Virus record (IMG/VR): IMGVR_UViG_3300024518_003743
Coordinates: 1 to 62,867 of that record
From: a virus
Lineage: Duplodnaviria; Caudoviricetes
DNA length: 62,867 nt
Direction: 5' to 3' (one strand)
Shown here: positions 28,701 to 38,400 of the stretch, one piece after another
Position numbering within the stretch: the stretch's first letter is position 1
Layout of the letters: each line of letters opens with the position of its first letter
Notes under the pieces: generated by a model
Seen by the model: only the letters and a program-made list of their open reading frames with translations
What the model was told of the DNA's origin: nothing
Databases searched by the model: none
Position numbers and translations under genes: made by a program

Positions 28701-31700
28701 CGTCCTTAGTCGTTTGCTCCAAGCCTTTCTCTTTAATAATCAAATTGACCTCATCAACAGTGACGGCGTTCGAAATAGGGATGTATTTCTTCGCGTCTTC
28801 AGAAAGACCCTCCTTAATGTCTTCGCTTAGATTCTCGTCTTCGATTAGCCTTTCCGGAAAAGCTCTGTCTTTTGCTTTCGGCTCTTTGCCTGACTCGTCA
28901 ACGTCTTCCGTTGGGGACTCCTCTTTAACTGGTGCCTCAACAACGCCTTCGGCAACCGGCTCAGCGGCTGGCTCCTCTTTTATGAAAGCATCTTCCTTAG
29001 CGACTTGCCCTCTGTATGTGTTTTCGAACATCTGTTCAGATGCTTTCTGACCATTCTTAGAAAGGCCTTTGTACCATTCTGATTGACGGAGAGACTCAAG
29101 ACCCTTGTTTACCGCCTCAGAAACCTTCTGAGTAGCCTCAAGAGTTGTCGCCGCGATTTCAAGAGCGCCGTCGATCGCTCCTTTAAATAGCCCGGTTGGG
29201 TCAGACTTTAATCGGTTCATGTCGTTGAATGACTTCACGAACTTCTTGCTGCGCAGGAAATCTGCTGCCTGCTGAAGCTTGCCTGGGGCAACTTCCTCAA
29301 CTATCGTCTTGGGCGCCTTGACAGGCTTCACTACAGCAGCCTTAATTTCTTTGAATTGCTCACTAATATCTTCTTTCGAGATTCTACCGTCAGTAGCGGC
29401 CTCGATTCTTTCTGCAACAGTATTTTGAAGGTCTTTCGCTTTCACCCCTTCGTTCGTAGCATCTTGAGCCACCTCAACTACCGAATCAAATACAGCGGCA
29501 TTAGACAAAGGGGCTTGCGGGGAGCCTCCCATCTTCTCAACGGCTATCTTTAGGTTTTCTTCACCCTTGGCTTCCGCTACCTCTGCAGGGGGCTTCTCTG
29601 CGGCCTTAGCGTCCTCTTCTTTGATGGATGCAATCTCTCTCTCAAGAAACTCAACATTCTCCTTATTTCCGAACTCGCTTTCTTTTTCCACCTTCAAGTC
29701 TTCCTCAAGGGACTCGAGCAGCACTTGTCGAGGTGTCTTTTCTTCTGCCTCCTCTTTAGTCTCTTGCTCTTCTAGTACGGTCTCTTCGACTTCCTTTTCG
29801 GGTTGCTCGTCTTTGGTTTGCTTATCTGGCGTTTTGCCGGTTTTGGCGCTGTCCTTTTTGGGCTGTGCTTCTTGTTTGGCATCTTCTTTCTGTTTTGTTT
29901 TTTCCGCCTCAACGTCCTCCTCAGACTTCGCTTCTACGGTGTCTTCGGGAGATTTCACAAGGCCGGCCTCTTGCAGTTTTTTCATAACTGAATCAGAAGG
30001 GCTAGAAATGTCTAGCACCGACTCATTGTTCCTTATCGACTCAACAAACACAGGGTCGTCAAGCTTCTCGATGATCTCTTGCTCGCTGAAAAAGCTGTCG
30101 TTTATCTTGTATTCAGTTTCGGGCTTGTCTGAAATCACAACAGAGTCTCCCTTTTCTTTTACAGATGAGTCCCTATCAACAACCGCTTTAATTTCTTTGT
30201 CTATTGCGCCAACCTTCTCAGCTCGCTCCTGTTCCTTCTGCTCTTTGAAGGCGGGGTCAACATATTCAGAAGACTGCTTTTCAAGAAGCTCTTTCTTTTC
30301 CTGAACAAGGCCAAGCAATTCAATTTTCGCGTTGTCGCTTGCTTTGTCAGGCATGCCGTCAAAAATAGCTTTTGTCTCGTCAAGAATGTCAACAACGCTC
30401 TGGGCTTGTTCCGGAGTTATCTCCTCATTTAACAGCATTCTTTGAGCTTTGGCTTTCAGCTCAGGAATGGACTCCATTGACTCAAGCAAGGCAGCGCTGT
30501 TCAGCTTGCTTTTGGTGTTCGAAGAAATGGATCCAGGAGTTGAGGCCGTTCCGGTCAAAAGTGTCGTTATTAAAACCGTCTCTAATAGGTCCTCCGAGGT
30601 AAACTCATCATCAAAGGCTCTTCGGCCAAGGACGTTGTTTGCCATTACGTTCATCTGAGTCTCTGAAAGGCCCTGCATAATCTCCTGAAGGTTCTCCGCC
30701 TTTATCTCTCTAGACCACGTTTTAAAGGCCGCCGACAGCGCGTCTTGGGTAGACGCCCCTTTTTTAATGTTCTTTATTGTTCCAGAAACAATGTTCTTTT
30801 TTCCGACCAGCAACTGGTTGGGGCTTACAAGTTCTAGCAAACTTGTAGCCAAAGTGGTAGGAAGTGTATATGCTACCGCTTGGTCCTCAGTCAGCCCAGC
30901 ATCAATAGCCGCCTGATAGTTTTTAGCGTGCTGAAGATTGAAGCTTGAAGCGACAAGCCCAACGTTCCTTGCCTTTTCTTCTGACCCCAAAGCTTTTTTC
31001 AGCTTGGTCATTTTTCCAAACTGGGTTGCAGGGACTAGTAGTCCCGCCATGTCTGCTCCCGCGTACAGAGTTTTATTGATTACCCCTTTCCAGTTTACCG
31101 AACCGTCCTCGTTAAAGGTGTTCTTCAGGTCGGTTGGAATTAGGTTCTCAAACTGCTCGTCGTTTAAATACTTGTCAGACTGCTCTGCTATTTTGTCAAA
31201 AAAGTTTCCAATCTCAGCCGTGTTCTTTCCTGTGATTCCAAAAGACCTTGGAAGGGTTGAAAGACCGTGAGTTACAGAGGTAGCCGTTCTCTTCAGAGGG
31301 TTTCCTATGTTGATTTCCAGAAAGTGGTCCAGCGACTCTACGGGTCCCATTGCGCCGCTCTTGTACCGCTCGTGCTTTTCGTCGGTTATCTTCTGAAGTA
31401 ATTGCTGCTCCTCAATTTCTTCCCAATTATCCTCAATGAACTTAAGGTCTTTTCCGAGGTTACTTCTAACGTTTTCTGTGGCACCCATCTCGAGAAGGAT
31501 GTCAAACATTTGGTACTTCTGGTTGATTCGATCAATCTCCGCTTTAACCAGGTCAGACGTTGGTTCGTCGGGGCTTCCCGCAACTGACGCGGCACCAGAC
31601 TCAACTGCTGACAATGGAGAAAATGCGTTTGCCTGAGCAAGCTCTTTGGCTTTCTCTCTCTCAAGAATATTTCTTTGGTGGTCAAAAGCATTCATAGTGA

Positions 31701-32898
31701 AGTCTATGTTGCTCTCCTTAAACAACTCCTCTGCCGTCTTCTTGCTTCCAGAAAGCTTTAAGAAGTTAGAGTAATCACTAAACACCTTAGCGTCAAGAGC
31801 CGTTATCTTAGACATGTTAACGCCTTCTGGATTGTCTGCTGCACCTGAGAACTTTGCGTCTGTAGAAACAGTTGGAAACAAGTGCGCTGTAAGGGCGTTC
31901 ATCCCCTCCTTAAACTCTTTGCTCTGAAAATCAGAAACTCCCTGAAGCTTCTCTATATGCTCTTCTCTTCTCTTTACAAATGCTTCAATTTTTTCAGGAG
32001 TGTCAACCCCTTTCATTCTTCCAGCCCTAGCAAGTCGAATCTGCTCCTCAGTCTTTTCTATCCCCTCTTTGTTGGCCTCTGCATTAGCTCCCTCTCTAAA
32101 AATCTTAGAAACATCTATCCCTAGCTGTTCTCCAGTGCTGGCAAACCTTCTCAGGGTGGCATCATAAAAAGTCTTGGTGTCCGGAGCCGTTAATTGAGCT
32201 ACCGCATCAGGGTCATCCTTGTTTCGTTCTACAGCGCTTTGAAGCTGAAAGTCCAAGTGCTCTCCAGCCGTTAAGGTTCGGCTCTCGGGGTCTCTAAGGA
32301 AATCAATAGCTGTTACAACCGTGCCCTCTTCAGGAGACGACCCCCTAATTGTGTGAGATAAGTCTAGGCTTTGCTCTAGCCTAGCAGCCCTGTCGTCTTG
32401 GGATTCAATATCAACAATAGGAGGAGTTACTGCGCCCGCGCTCTCAGCAGCGAACTCATTTAGCTTAACCCCTTCGAGAAGCTGCTTTTGAAAGTCTGGT
32501 CTTTGAAACTGTTCTGGTACGACTACCTCAGGAGCCGGAGTCGTCTCCCCTGTCGGAAGCTGTTGATCCAATTCTGGTGACGCCGAAACGGAAGGAACCA
32601 AATCTGATGTAGAAGAGACCGATTCCGACGGGGTCGTTGTAGTAGGTACTTTTTTTTTAAAGCGAATAGCCGGAGGGAGAGCCCCTAAGCCTGTCGCCAT
32701 CGGGTCAGGTGCGAAGAACTGCGTATTAAACTCTTCAAAGCCCTTAGTGTAGTCTCCAGAACCAGAAAGCGATCCGTGTAGCCTGCCTATTGCTTCAGGT
32801 GTGCTAAACTGAGCTTGAAAATCCTCGAAGCTTTTCGTGTAAGTACCTTTCTCAACTAAGGATGCGTGTAATTTTCTTTTACTTTCTTCTCCTGGCAT
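25795..32898 (-). CDS. giant internal virion / ejection protein (2367 aa)
   Basis: Third of three genes after the muzzle gene; helical, Ala/Glu/Lys-rich; C-terminal VPFTNVVAN...PYSVKIG region typical of large phage internal proteins. Confidence 0.7.
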   Translation of the reverse strand: MPGEESKRKLHASLVEKGTYTKSFEDFQAQFSTPEAIGRLHGSLSGSGDYTKGFEEFNTQFFAPDPMATGLGALPPAIRFKKKVPTTTTPSESVSSTSDLVPSVSASPELDQQLPTGETTPAPEVVVPEQFQRPDFQKQLLEGVKLNEFAAESAGAVTPPIVDIESQDDRAARLEQSLDLSHTIRGSSPEEGTVVTAIDFLRDPESRTLTAGEHLDFQLQSAVERNKDDPDAVAQLTAPDTKTFYDATLRRFASTGEQLGIDVSKIFREGANAEANKEGIEKTEEQIRLARAGRMKGVDTPEKIEAFVKRREEHIEKLQGVSDFQSKEFKEGMNALTAHLFPTVSTDAKFSGAADNPEGVNMSKITALDAKVFSDYSNFLKLSGSKKTAEELFKESNIDFTMNAFDHQRNILEREKAKELAQANAFSPLSAVESGAASVAGSPDEPTSDLVKAEIDRINQKYQMFDILLEMGATENVRSNLGKDLKFIEDNWEEIEEQQLLQKITDEKHERYKSGAMGPVESLDHFLEINIGNPLKRTATSVTHGLSTLPRSFGITGKNTAEIGNFFDKIAEQSDKYLNDEQFENLIPTDLKNTFNEDGSVNWKGVINKTLYAGADMAGLLVPATQFGKMTKLKKALGSEEKARNVGLVASSFNLQHAKNYQAAIDAGLTEDQAVAYTLPTTLATSLLELVSPNQLLVGKKNIVSGTIKNIKKGASTQDALSAAFKTWSREIKAENLQEIMQGLSETQMNVMANNVLGRRAFDDEFTSEDLLETVLITTLLTGTASTPGSISSNTKSKLNSAALLESMESIPELKAKAQRMLLNEEITPEQAQSVVDILDETKAIFDGMPDKASDNAKIELLGLVQEKKELLEKQSSEYVDPAFKEQKEQERAEKVGAIDKEIKAVVDRDSSVKEKGDSVVISDKPETEYKINDSFFSEQEIIEKLDDPVFVESIRNNESVLDISSPSDSVMKKLQEAGLVKSPEDTVEAKSEEDVEAEKTKQKEDAKQEAQPKKDSAKTGKTPDKQTKDEQPEKEVEETVLEEQETKEEAEEKTPRQVLLESLEEDLKVEKESEFGNKENVEFLEREIASIKEEDAKAAEKPPAEVAEAKGEENLKIAVEKMGGSPQAPLSNAAVFDSVVEVAQDATNEGVKAKDLQNTVAERIEAATDGRISKEDISEQFKEIKAAVVKPVKAPKTIVEEVAPGKLQQAADFLRSKKFVKSFNDMNRLKSDPTGLFKGAIDGALEIAATTLEATQKVSEAVNKGLESLRQSEWYKGLSKNGQKASEQMFENTYRGQVAKEDAFIKEEPAAEPVAEGVVEAPVKEESPTEDVDESGKEPKAKDRAFPERLIEDENLSEDIKEGLSEDAKKYIPISNAVTVDEVNLIIKEKGLEQTTKDVLDADNKMSPRVRVSLSQALIKEYNNQGTPEALDNAIEIASEVSRLATELGQGVQAFALWDNISVEGLTVAYSKQLRKAKKNFKKKAGVLYSGTKSGYKKGTTTAAKKAFEKSAKNIKKKNVTAFGLTKSQIEKKKKDALAKYNKAKSSSASVSLIALNQEQIEALGEYGFALFAGGVRTFKEWAASMRSDLNVQDDDVLKGIWASAKNETGKTLSELSEVADIENMVVEHFTSTKKDSDLSKKFQESFGLDADTANGLAKEIEAEFENIVSAERKKSMKRAVGTPSKTSIEAIDNISKENNLTDKQIEDQLEKAFGFTELRPETLEKLNELGAERENRPEGFLRAEKTQEMLSLIEKESGIEKSDLFWSVWYASVLSGHETQLLNAYANILNLGLEFTVSGIQQAVIKGDPKAIGGSILGFFEGSKRAADEARQILKTGVSPSKITSKIEAKPVLENYKFKGGKFRPLNYYKFVLRAMTAVDASAYMAGAGMMKHEVARDAAKEEGLSGRKLRERTSELMNNSTEAFNNAKEQAEQEIQAIEEVEGAISPGERKRRVRIRANEIIEESIPEEVLSDAKDFAAFVTFNYKPKGVIGMISGAMGTIGEKFSPFKLVVPFTNVVANVLNQQIDYTPWGYLRAMGVSPSNWNFTRLDTLAPENNKQRQRQVIKATMGTLLMSGIYMMAKAYGDDEDPFFKITGAGPSDFGKKNQWLSQGNRPYSVKIGDRTWSYQFTPLGVGLSFVGNWMDNEEFGELGEQDMITKSAWALQSSAGGIFDMSFLSGLSGLMSALTSDSNPEKQADKLFKSIGRTGTSFIPNFIKQIDKGFFDNTVYDGKTIQASILKEIPFVRSNIDLNPKLNALGGVIKKQGNRFFTDVTDDKVWLFLGRKGIFIPGASPNVKMLDGVDMTHEEFYQYIKESGTATYDFINENLELLESLEPSQSQDIINKRVSLNRKSAKIGIAVDRIN

Positions 32899-32901
32899 CT
32901 G

Positions 32902-34575
32902 CTACAAGTTATCAAGGCTTCCGCCTGTAGGTTTAGTTCCTGTTGCTGCTTTTCTCATTTCTCCTGCAACTCCTTTTCCAATCTTAAGACTTCCTCTGTC
33001 AGTTTCCATTCTCTGCTCCATTGATTCATCAAAAAGCAGAGGGATGTCTTCGGTAATTTCTTTATCTACAAGCTTTCCGGCGTCAGGGTCAGATACAATA
33101 GCGGCCTGTCTTTCAAGATCGCTAAGCCCCTCAAGAGGGTCTACTTTCACGGTCTTGGTGCTTCTAGCAATTACTACAGGCTTGGTCACCGTATTGCCGC
33201 TTGCGTCAGTGTACGTTGCGTCCTGAGACGTTACTAGCTTAATGTCTCCAATTCCCGCCTGAAGCTCCTCTACCTGTCCGGAAGAGTTGATTCTCTTAAG
33301 ACCAACAGCGTTGATCGCCTTACCGTCGGTAGGGAAGTTGTTTCTGACCGTTGAGGTCATGTTAAATGTCGTGGCGTTCCCTTGAGCGTCTGTTGTGTTG
33401 AGCTTTACAACGTTTGGCGCTCCTTGAGTCTTGTTTACGTCTTCAACCTTCACTGATACCTGCGCAGCCTTAGGCTTAGCGCTAATCTTGAGACTAGATA
33501 CCTTCTCGCTTCCAAGGATTCCTTTCAAGTGATTAGCAATGTCCTCCTTGCTTAATGGAGAGCCTTTGAACTGATCTCTTTTGAAGTCAGACGACAACTG
33601 CTCAATAGCTTGGTCGAACTCTTTCGTCTTCGTGGTTCTTACGCCCATGAACTCGTCGAAATCTTTCACTCCGGCTCTCTGAACAATAGTCCCCTTAATT
33701 TTTTCTATAGTCTTGTTGTCGTTTAGGAACTTGTCAAGACTAATTGAGCCCTGAAGTGTGTTCAGTTTGTCTCGCATGTTTCCAAGGTTTTGAATGTCGC
33801 CACCCTCTACCGCGCCCGTAAGCGTCTCAAATTCTTTTCTTAAAGCAATCGTTTCGTCCGAAAACACAAGGTCTCCACTCTCAAGCCCAGAGTCTACATC
33901 AGCAAACAACTCGATTATTTGGTCAGACTCTCTCGCTAAAACATCAAGGTTGTCCATTGCTTGAGTAAACTCTCTACCAATTTTTGTTTTTGGATCTTGA
34001 AGCGCTGCGAATTTCAGCTCTTCACCAAACTCGGTTCCTGCTCTAGCAATAAAGTTCTCCTGCGTGTTTACAACAGCCTGGTTTAAGCTCTTTTGGAATC
34101 GAGGGTCTTGTACGGTTGGCCCCTTCGGTAAGTCAAAAGGCTTCAATGCCTTCGCTCTCGCTTTTGCTGCGTCATCCAAAGCTTTCTCACGAGCCTGAAC
34201 AACTCCAGCAGGGAACGCGCCCCCCCTTTGAACAAATATAGGCTGAGAACCAATTATTTGACCGGACTGCTGACCCACGTTAATAGGCTGAGAGATTCCA
34301 GGGAACAACGAAGCTCCTGGGTCACCAATTTCAGCGCTAGGAACTTGAGCGTTTATAGAAGCTTGAATAGAAGCTATCTCCTCCGGCGTCGCTCCTTCAG
34401 GCGTAAACTGTCCAAGAGTTTCTTGAGTAATCAGCGAGCCTAAATCTCCTCCGTTTGGAGGGAGGGCAACGTCAGGCGGCAACACAGGCTCACGAAACAT
34501 AGCGTCATTGTTAGAAACTAACGATGCCGGGGCCAAGCTAGGAAGCTTTTGTAGTTCTTCTTCTCCGTTCGCCAT
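32902..34575 (-). CDS. internal virion / ejection protein
   Basis: Position between muzzle and giant gene; helical composition. Confidence 0.6.
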   Translation of the reverse strand: MANGEEELQKLPSLAPASLVSNNDAMFREPVLPPDVALPPNGGDLGSLITQETLGQFTPEGATPEEIASIQASINAQVPSAEIGDPGASLFPGISQPINVGQQSGQIIGSQPIFVQRGGAFPAGVVQAREKALDDAAKARAKALKPFDLPKGPTVQDPRFQKSLNQAVVNTQENFIARAGTEFGEELKFAALQDPKTKIGREFTQAMDNLDVLARESDQIIELFADVDSGLESGDLVFSDETIALRKEFETLTGAVEGGDIQNLGNMRDKLNTLQGSISLDKFLNDNKTIEKIKGTIVQRAGVKDFDEFMGVRTTKTKEFDQAIEQLSSDFKRDQFKGSPLSKEDIANHLKGILGSEKVSSLKISAKPKAAQVSVKVEDVNKTQGAPNVVKLNTTDAQGNATTFNMTSTVRNNFPTDGKAINAVGLKRINSSGQVEELQAGIGDIKLVTSQDATYTDASGNTVTKPVVIARSTKTVKVDPLEGLSDLERQAAIVSDPDAGKLVDKEITEDIPLLFDESMEQRMETDRGSLKIGKGVAGEMRKAATGTKPTGGSLDNL

Positions 34576-35426
34576 TACAGTCCAAATGTTTGAGGAACGT
34601 CAATAGCAGGCGTAGCCGCTTGCTTATCAATACCTAAGCGAATGTTGTCAATCGTTTGGTTTTGAATCTCTTGTGCGTTCGGGTTAATACCAGGTGTCGC
34701 TAAAGGTGGAGCTCCAGCGTTTTCGCCCGCTCCTCCACCAAGGAGTCCAGACACGCTTTGAATGATGTTTCCTATGTCTCCAGCGACTCCGGTTGCTCCG
34801 GTTGCTCCGGCTGCAGGTGTGGCTGCGCTTGAGGCTGCTGGATTTTGGCCAGGTAAAGTTCCTTGGAGCGCTGCTAACGAGCCTAAGTTTTGTAAGGCGT
34901 CCGTTCCCGCCTGAGCAGAGGCCGCTTTGGCTCGGTTTTGATTAAGCAATCCGAGCTCTAATGTTCTTTGGCTTATTCTGGTTCCAAGCTGCTGAGTAAG
35001 CTGTTCTACGAAAGGAAGCCTTTGTTGTCCCTGAACTACCGCTTGGTTTGTAGCTGCCTGGGTTCCCTTTTGTGCTTTAATCAATGCGTTTACCGTGCTT
35101 CCCACATCTCCGCCTGTTGACCTAGCTATACGCCCTTGAGTTGTAGCCCCAACTTTCTGGGCCTCCCCAATGGCGCCTTGAGTGGCCGCGTCTGAGCCAG
35201 TAGAAATGTTTTTTCTAATCTGGTTAAGCTCGTTGATTCTTTGTTGCTCCAAAGGATCTACAAGCCCAGGAGCAAGCTGATTCGCTTTTCTGCCCTGAAC
35301 ACCAGATTCTATAAGGCCTCCAGCCGTCTGCCCAATCTGAGCTCCAACTGCTCCTCCAACGCCCGGTGCGATAGTTGTTCCAGCTACGCCTCCTAAAATT
35401 GCGCCTATTGATTGTCCGTTTGCCAT
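34575..35426 (-). CDS. internal virion / ejection (pilot-like) protein
   Basis: Gly/Ala-rich hydrophobic N-terminus, Gln/Ala-rich helices. Confidence 0.65.
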   Translation of the reverse strand: MANGQSIGAILGGVAGTTIAPGVGGAVGAQIGQTAGGLIESGVQGRKANQLAPGLVDPLEQQRINELNQIRKNISTGSDAATQGAIGEAQKVGATTQGRIARSTGGDVGSTVNALIKAQKGTQAATNQAVVQGQQRLPFVEQLTQQLGTRISQRTLELGLLNQNRAKAASAQAGTDALQNLGSLAALQGTLPGQNPAASSAATPAAGATGATGVAGDIGNIIQSVSGLLGGGAGENAGAPPLATPGINPNAQEIQNQTIDNIRLGIDKQAATPAIDVPQTFGL

Positions 35427-38400
35427 TACTTAATCGGTTTATATTGAAGAACAGTTTCTACAACCTTAAAGTCTTCCTCAAAAATATGAATTACTTTGCA
35501 GAATAGCAATCTAGCTTGTACCCGATCTCTGGTTGCTGAAACCGAAAGGTCCTTTCTAGGAATCTGCTGACCCCATCCGTCGTATTGCTTAAGATACAGC
35601 GGACCTTGAATTCCTGGGTCTAGTGCACAGACTAAATCTCTGTCCTCATCCAAAAACTCTATTCTACTTGGTTTTTGTTCGCCTCTCTTTCCGGTCATGA
35701 CCTCGAAGCGAATGTATTCTTTTTCTACGGCTGGTGAAGGGGAATAGTTCGTTATAAGCGAATATTCTATCGGGCCTCCATTTATTTCAAACCCTCTTTC
35801 GAGCTTGTAGGTCTCAAGACCTCTAAATCCGTACATGTCGTTGTCGCTGAACAGGTAGGTGTCGAACTTATAGTCAAACGACCCCAGCCAGTGATTAGTG
35901 TCTTGAGCAAACACAAACGTTTCCGAGTCTACCGAATCTCGCTCAGTTTCTCCTTCTACAAGAAATTCCGGAAGCCTCTGAGGGTCAAGCTGTAACCAAT
36001 ACTCATTGTGGTTATGGTTGACGCCTCCAGCAATGCGATCAAGATATCCAGCCCTCATTCTGATTAATACAGGGTTAAGCCTGGAGAAGTAGGTGTCCTT
36101 CGCTATGTCTTTTACCACGTTGCTCATTAGCCTATACACGGAGTGGTTGTTAGGAATGTAAAGAGCTTCTTGTTTAACTCTTCCGTCCTCAGTTATAATG
36201 TCCATGGTGCCTTCGCCCATTCCTCTCCACATTTCATCGCTAGAGCCAACCTCATGGTCTAGCCAGTACTGACCTCCAACAAACCTGTCAGAAGCAAGTG
36301 TTGATAAGTCGTTAGCCTCAAGGCTAGAAAGTATTGTTTTGTTGGTCAGGATAAGGCATATCCCTGACTCACAAATAGCGTACAGGTTGTCGCCCTTTCC
36401 TGGGGTTGTTGCATCCCAAGCTTTCTTGATTTCGCCGTCATCATCGTCTAGGTCAAATCGATTCAGCGAAAGGAAAGTCTTTAAACCGGGAGAGTCTTGT
36501 TGATTTATCGCTCTAGACAGGCTCCATGTGACTCCAGTACAGAAGTCGTTCTCCTCTTCGAATCCAAAGTCCGGCTTTGACAAGAACTCAATAGGCCCTC
36601 TAACAGCATAATCAAGATTGATGTTCTGCATGAATCTAAGACCTCCAAACTTCCAAATACTATATTCAAGAGGGTAGTCTTCGAAATAGTCTTCGAACAT
36701 GTTGTTGTCTGACGCAATATCTTCAATGACCCCGGTCGCGAAGCTTGAGTTGTCAAATCGATTCGGACGCATAATGTAGTGAGTCAGCGGGAAGTACTGG
36801 TCAGAAGTTGCCCCGTTGTGGGCATAGTGAACTGCCACCCGGCTTTCGCACGCGAACATAATGCACAGTTGTCGGATATACCCAAGGCTTCCCTTGTTTA
36901 TGTCCTGAATCTTGTTAATCCCTGTGGTTCTAGCAACGATGTACTGACGAGGGTTGATCTCGTACTTTCTAAACGGGAACCCAATGTTGAACACGAACTG
37001 AGTGTCTTCAGCGTTGTCTGAAGCATCTGCCTCACGATCGATTGGAGAGAAGATGGCTTCTCCTACCGTGCTATCTCCTCCGAATACTCGTATTGGCCGT
37101 CTATTGTCATACCTGACTAATATTTTCTGGTCTACCGTTGGGTAGAAATTTGGGACGTTGAATTCGACTGTAAACGCCGTGTCTCCTGCGTTTGTGTGCG
37201 TGTACAATCCAACAACCTCGTTCCCAAGTGCTGCGGCATAGAATCCGTTTGTTGTAATGTCTGTTAAGATTGCTGTTACCTGAGCAGCCGTCAAGAACGT
37301 GCTATCCATAAACACTTCAATGTTTCCGGCTCCGTCTTGGAGGTAGACAAACACCTCATCAGCAGCTCTTGGACCTGTAGAAGACAAATCAGGAATACAG
37401 TCTTCCCACCTTTCGTCTACAAGCTCAAAAAATTGGTCAGGAGTTCCGTCAGCTTGGCCGATAATGCTCTCTACCTTCTGGTAGTGCCCTGTTCCGTAAT
37501 ACTGGTCAATATTTTGATCGATTACATTCTTTCCGTCCTGAACGATGTTTATGATGTACATCGGCTCAGTAAAATCCTTCAGTCCAGCATCGTCGAAGTC
37601 GTTGTTTCCGGTTCCGCCAGAGCCTCCGGCATTGTACACGTTTCCTGTAAGTGAAAGCTCGTAGTACACACCTCTGCCCTCCGTAACAGAAGCTATGCTG
37701 TCAATACTTATAAGAGTATCTCCTCCGTCAGGACCAACAAAAGCTCCTCCGCCAGCAGCGTGAGAATTTCTGTACTTGTTGTATGCTACATATCTGTTTC
37801 CTCCAGAACCAACACCCATTCCCGGGTCTTCTCCTGGGTTTATCTGGCCTTCGTCATGAAGCACCCGCGCGTAGGTAATCATATCTACAAGCCTGTCTCG
37901 TGCCGAGAGCAGTGAGTTCTCTTCAAATGAATACACCTCCGAGAAGAAGCCCAGAGGAGAGACCACCTGAACGCTGTAGTTCTGAGGGTTGCTCGAAATA
38001 TCATCAATAACCGACTGGCTGATTATTCCAGCCTCAATGTCTGGTGAGAAGAACCAAAACTTGTCTTGGTCTTTCGTGGCCGCCGATGCGTTACCAGCAG
38101 CATTAAAGTCTCCTTGGTTTAGGGCATACGATCCAATTCCTTGGCATACAACCCTCCCTGCAGGTGCTGTTCTAACTACTGAAAATGCTTTTGCCCACGA
38201 CGGAAGATTGCTAATACCTCCAATGGCAACTCCATGGGCATAATAGTTTGGCGCGAAGCCCTCAGGGTTGTACGCTCTAGTTACCGGACCAGCATCTGCC
38301 TCGAAATTGACTTGGTAGTTGTGGTCTCCGGTTGAGTCGTTCTGGTCGGTAGGCCTGTATGGGTCATAGCCAATTTCATCGCCACCAACGAATAGTCCAT

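Noticed and set aside
25795-32898. Virion RNA polymerase as in crAss-like phages
   Set aside because: No DxDGD/DFDID catalytic motif seen in the translation.
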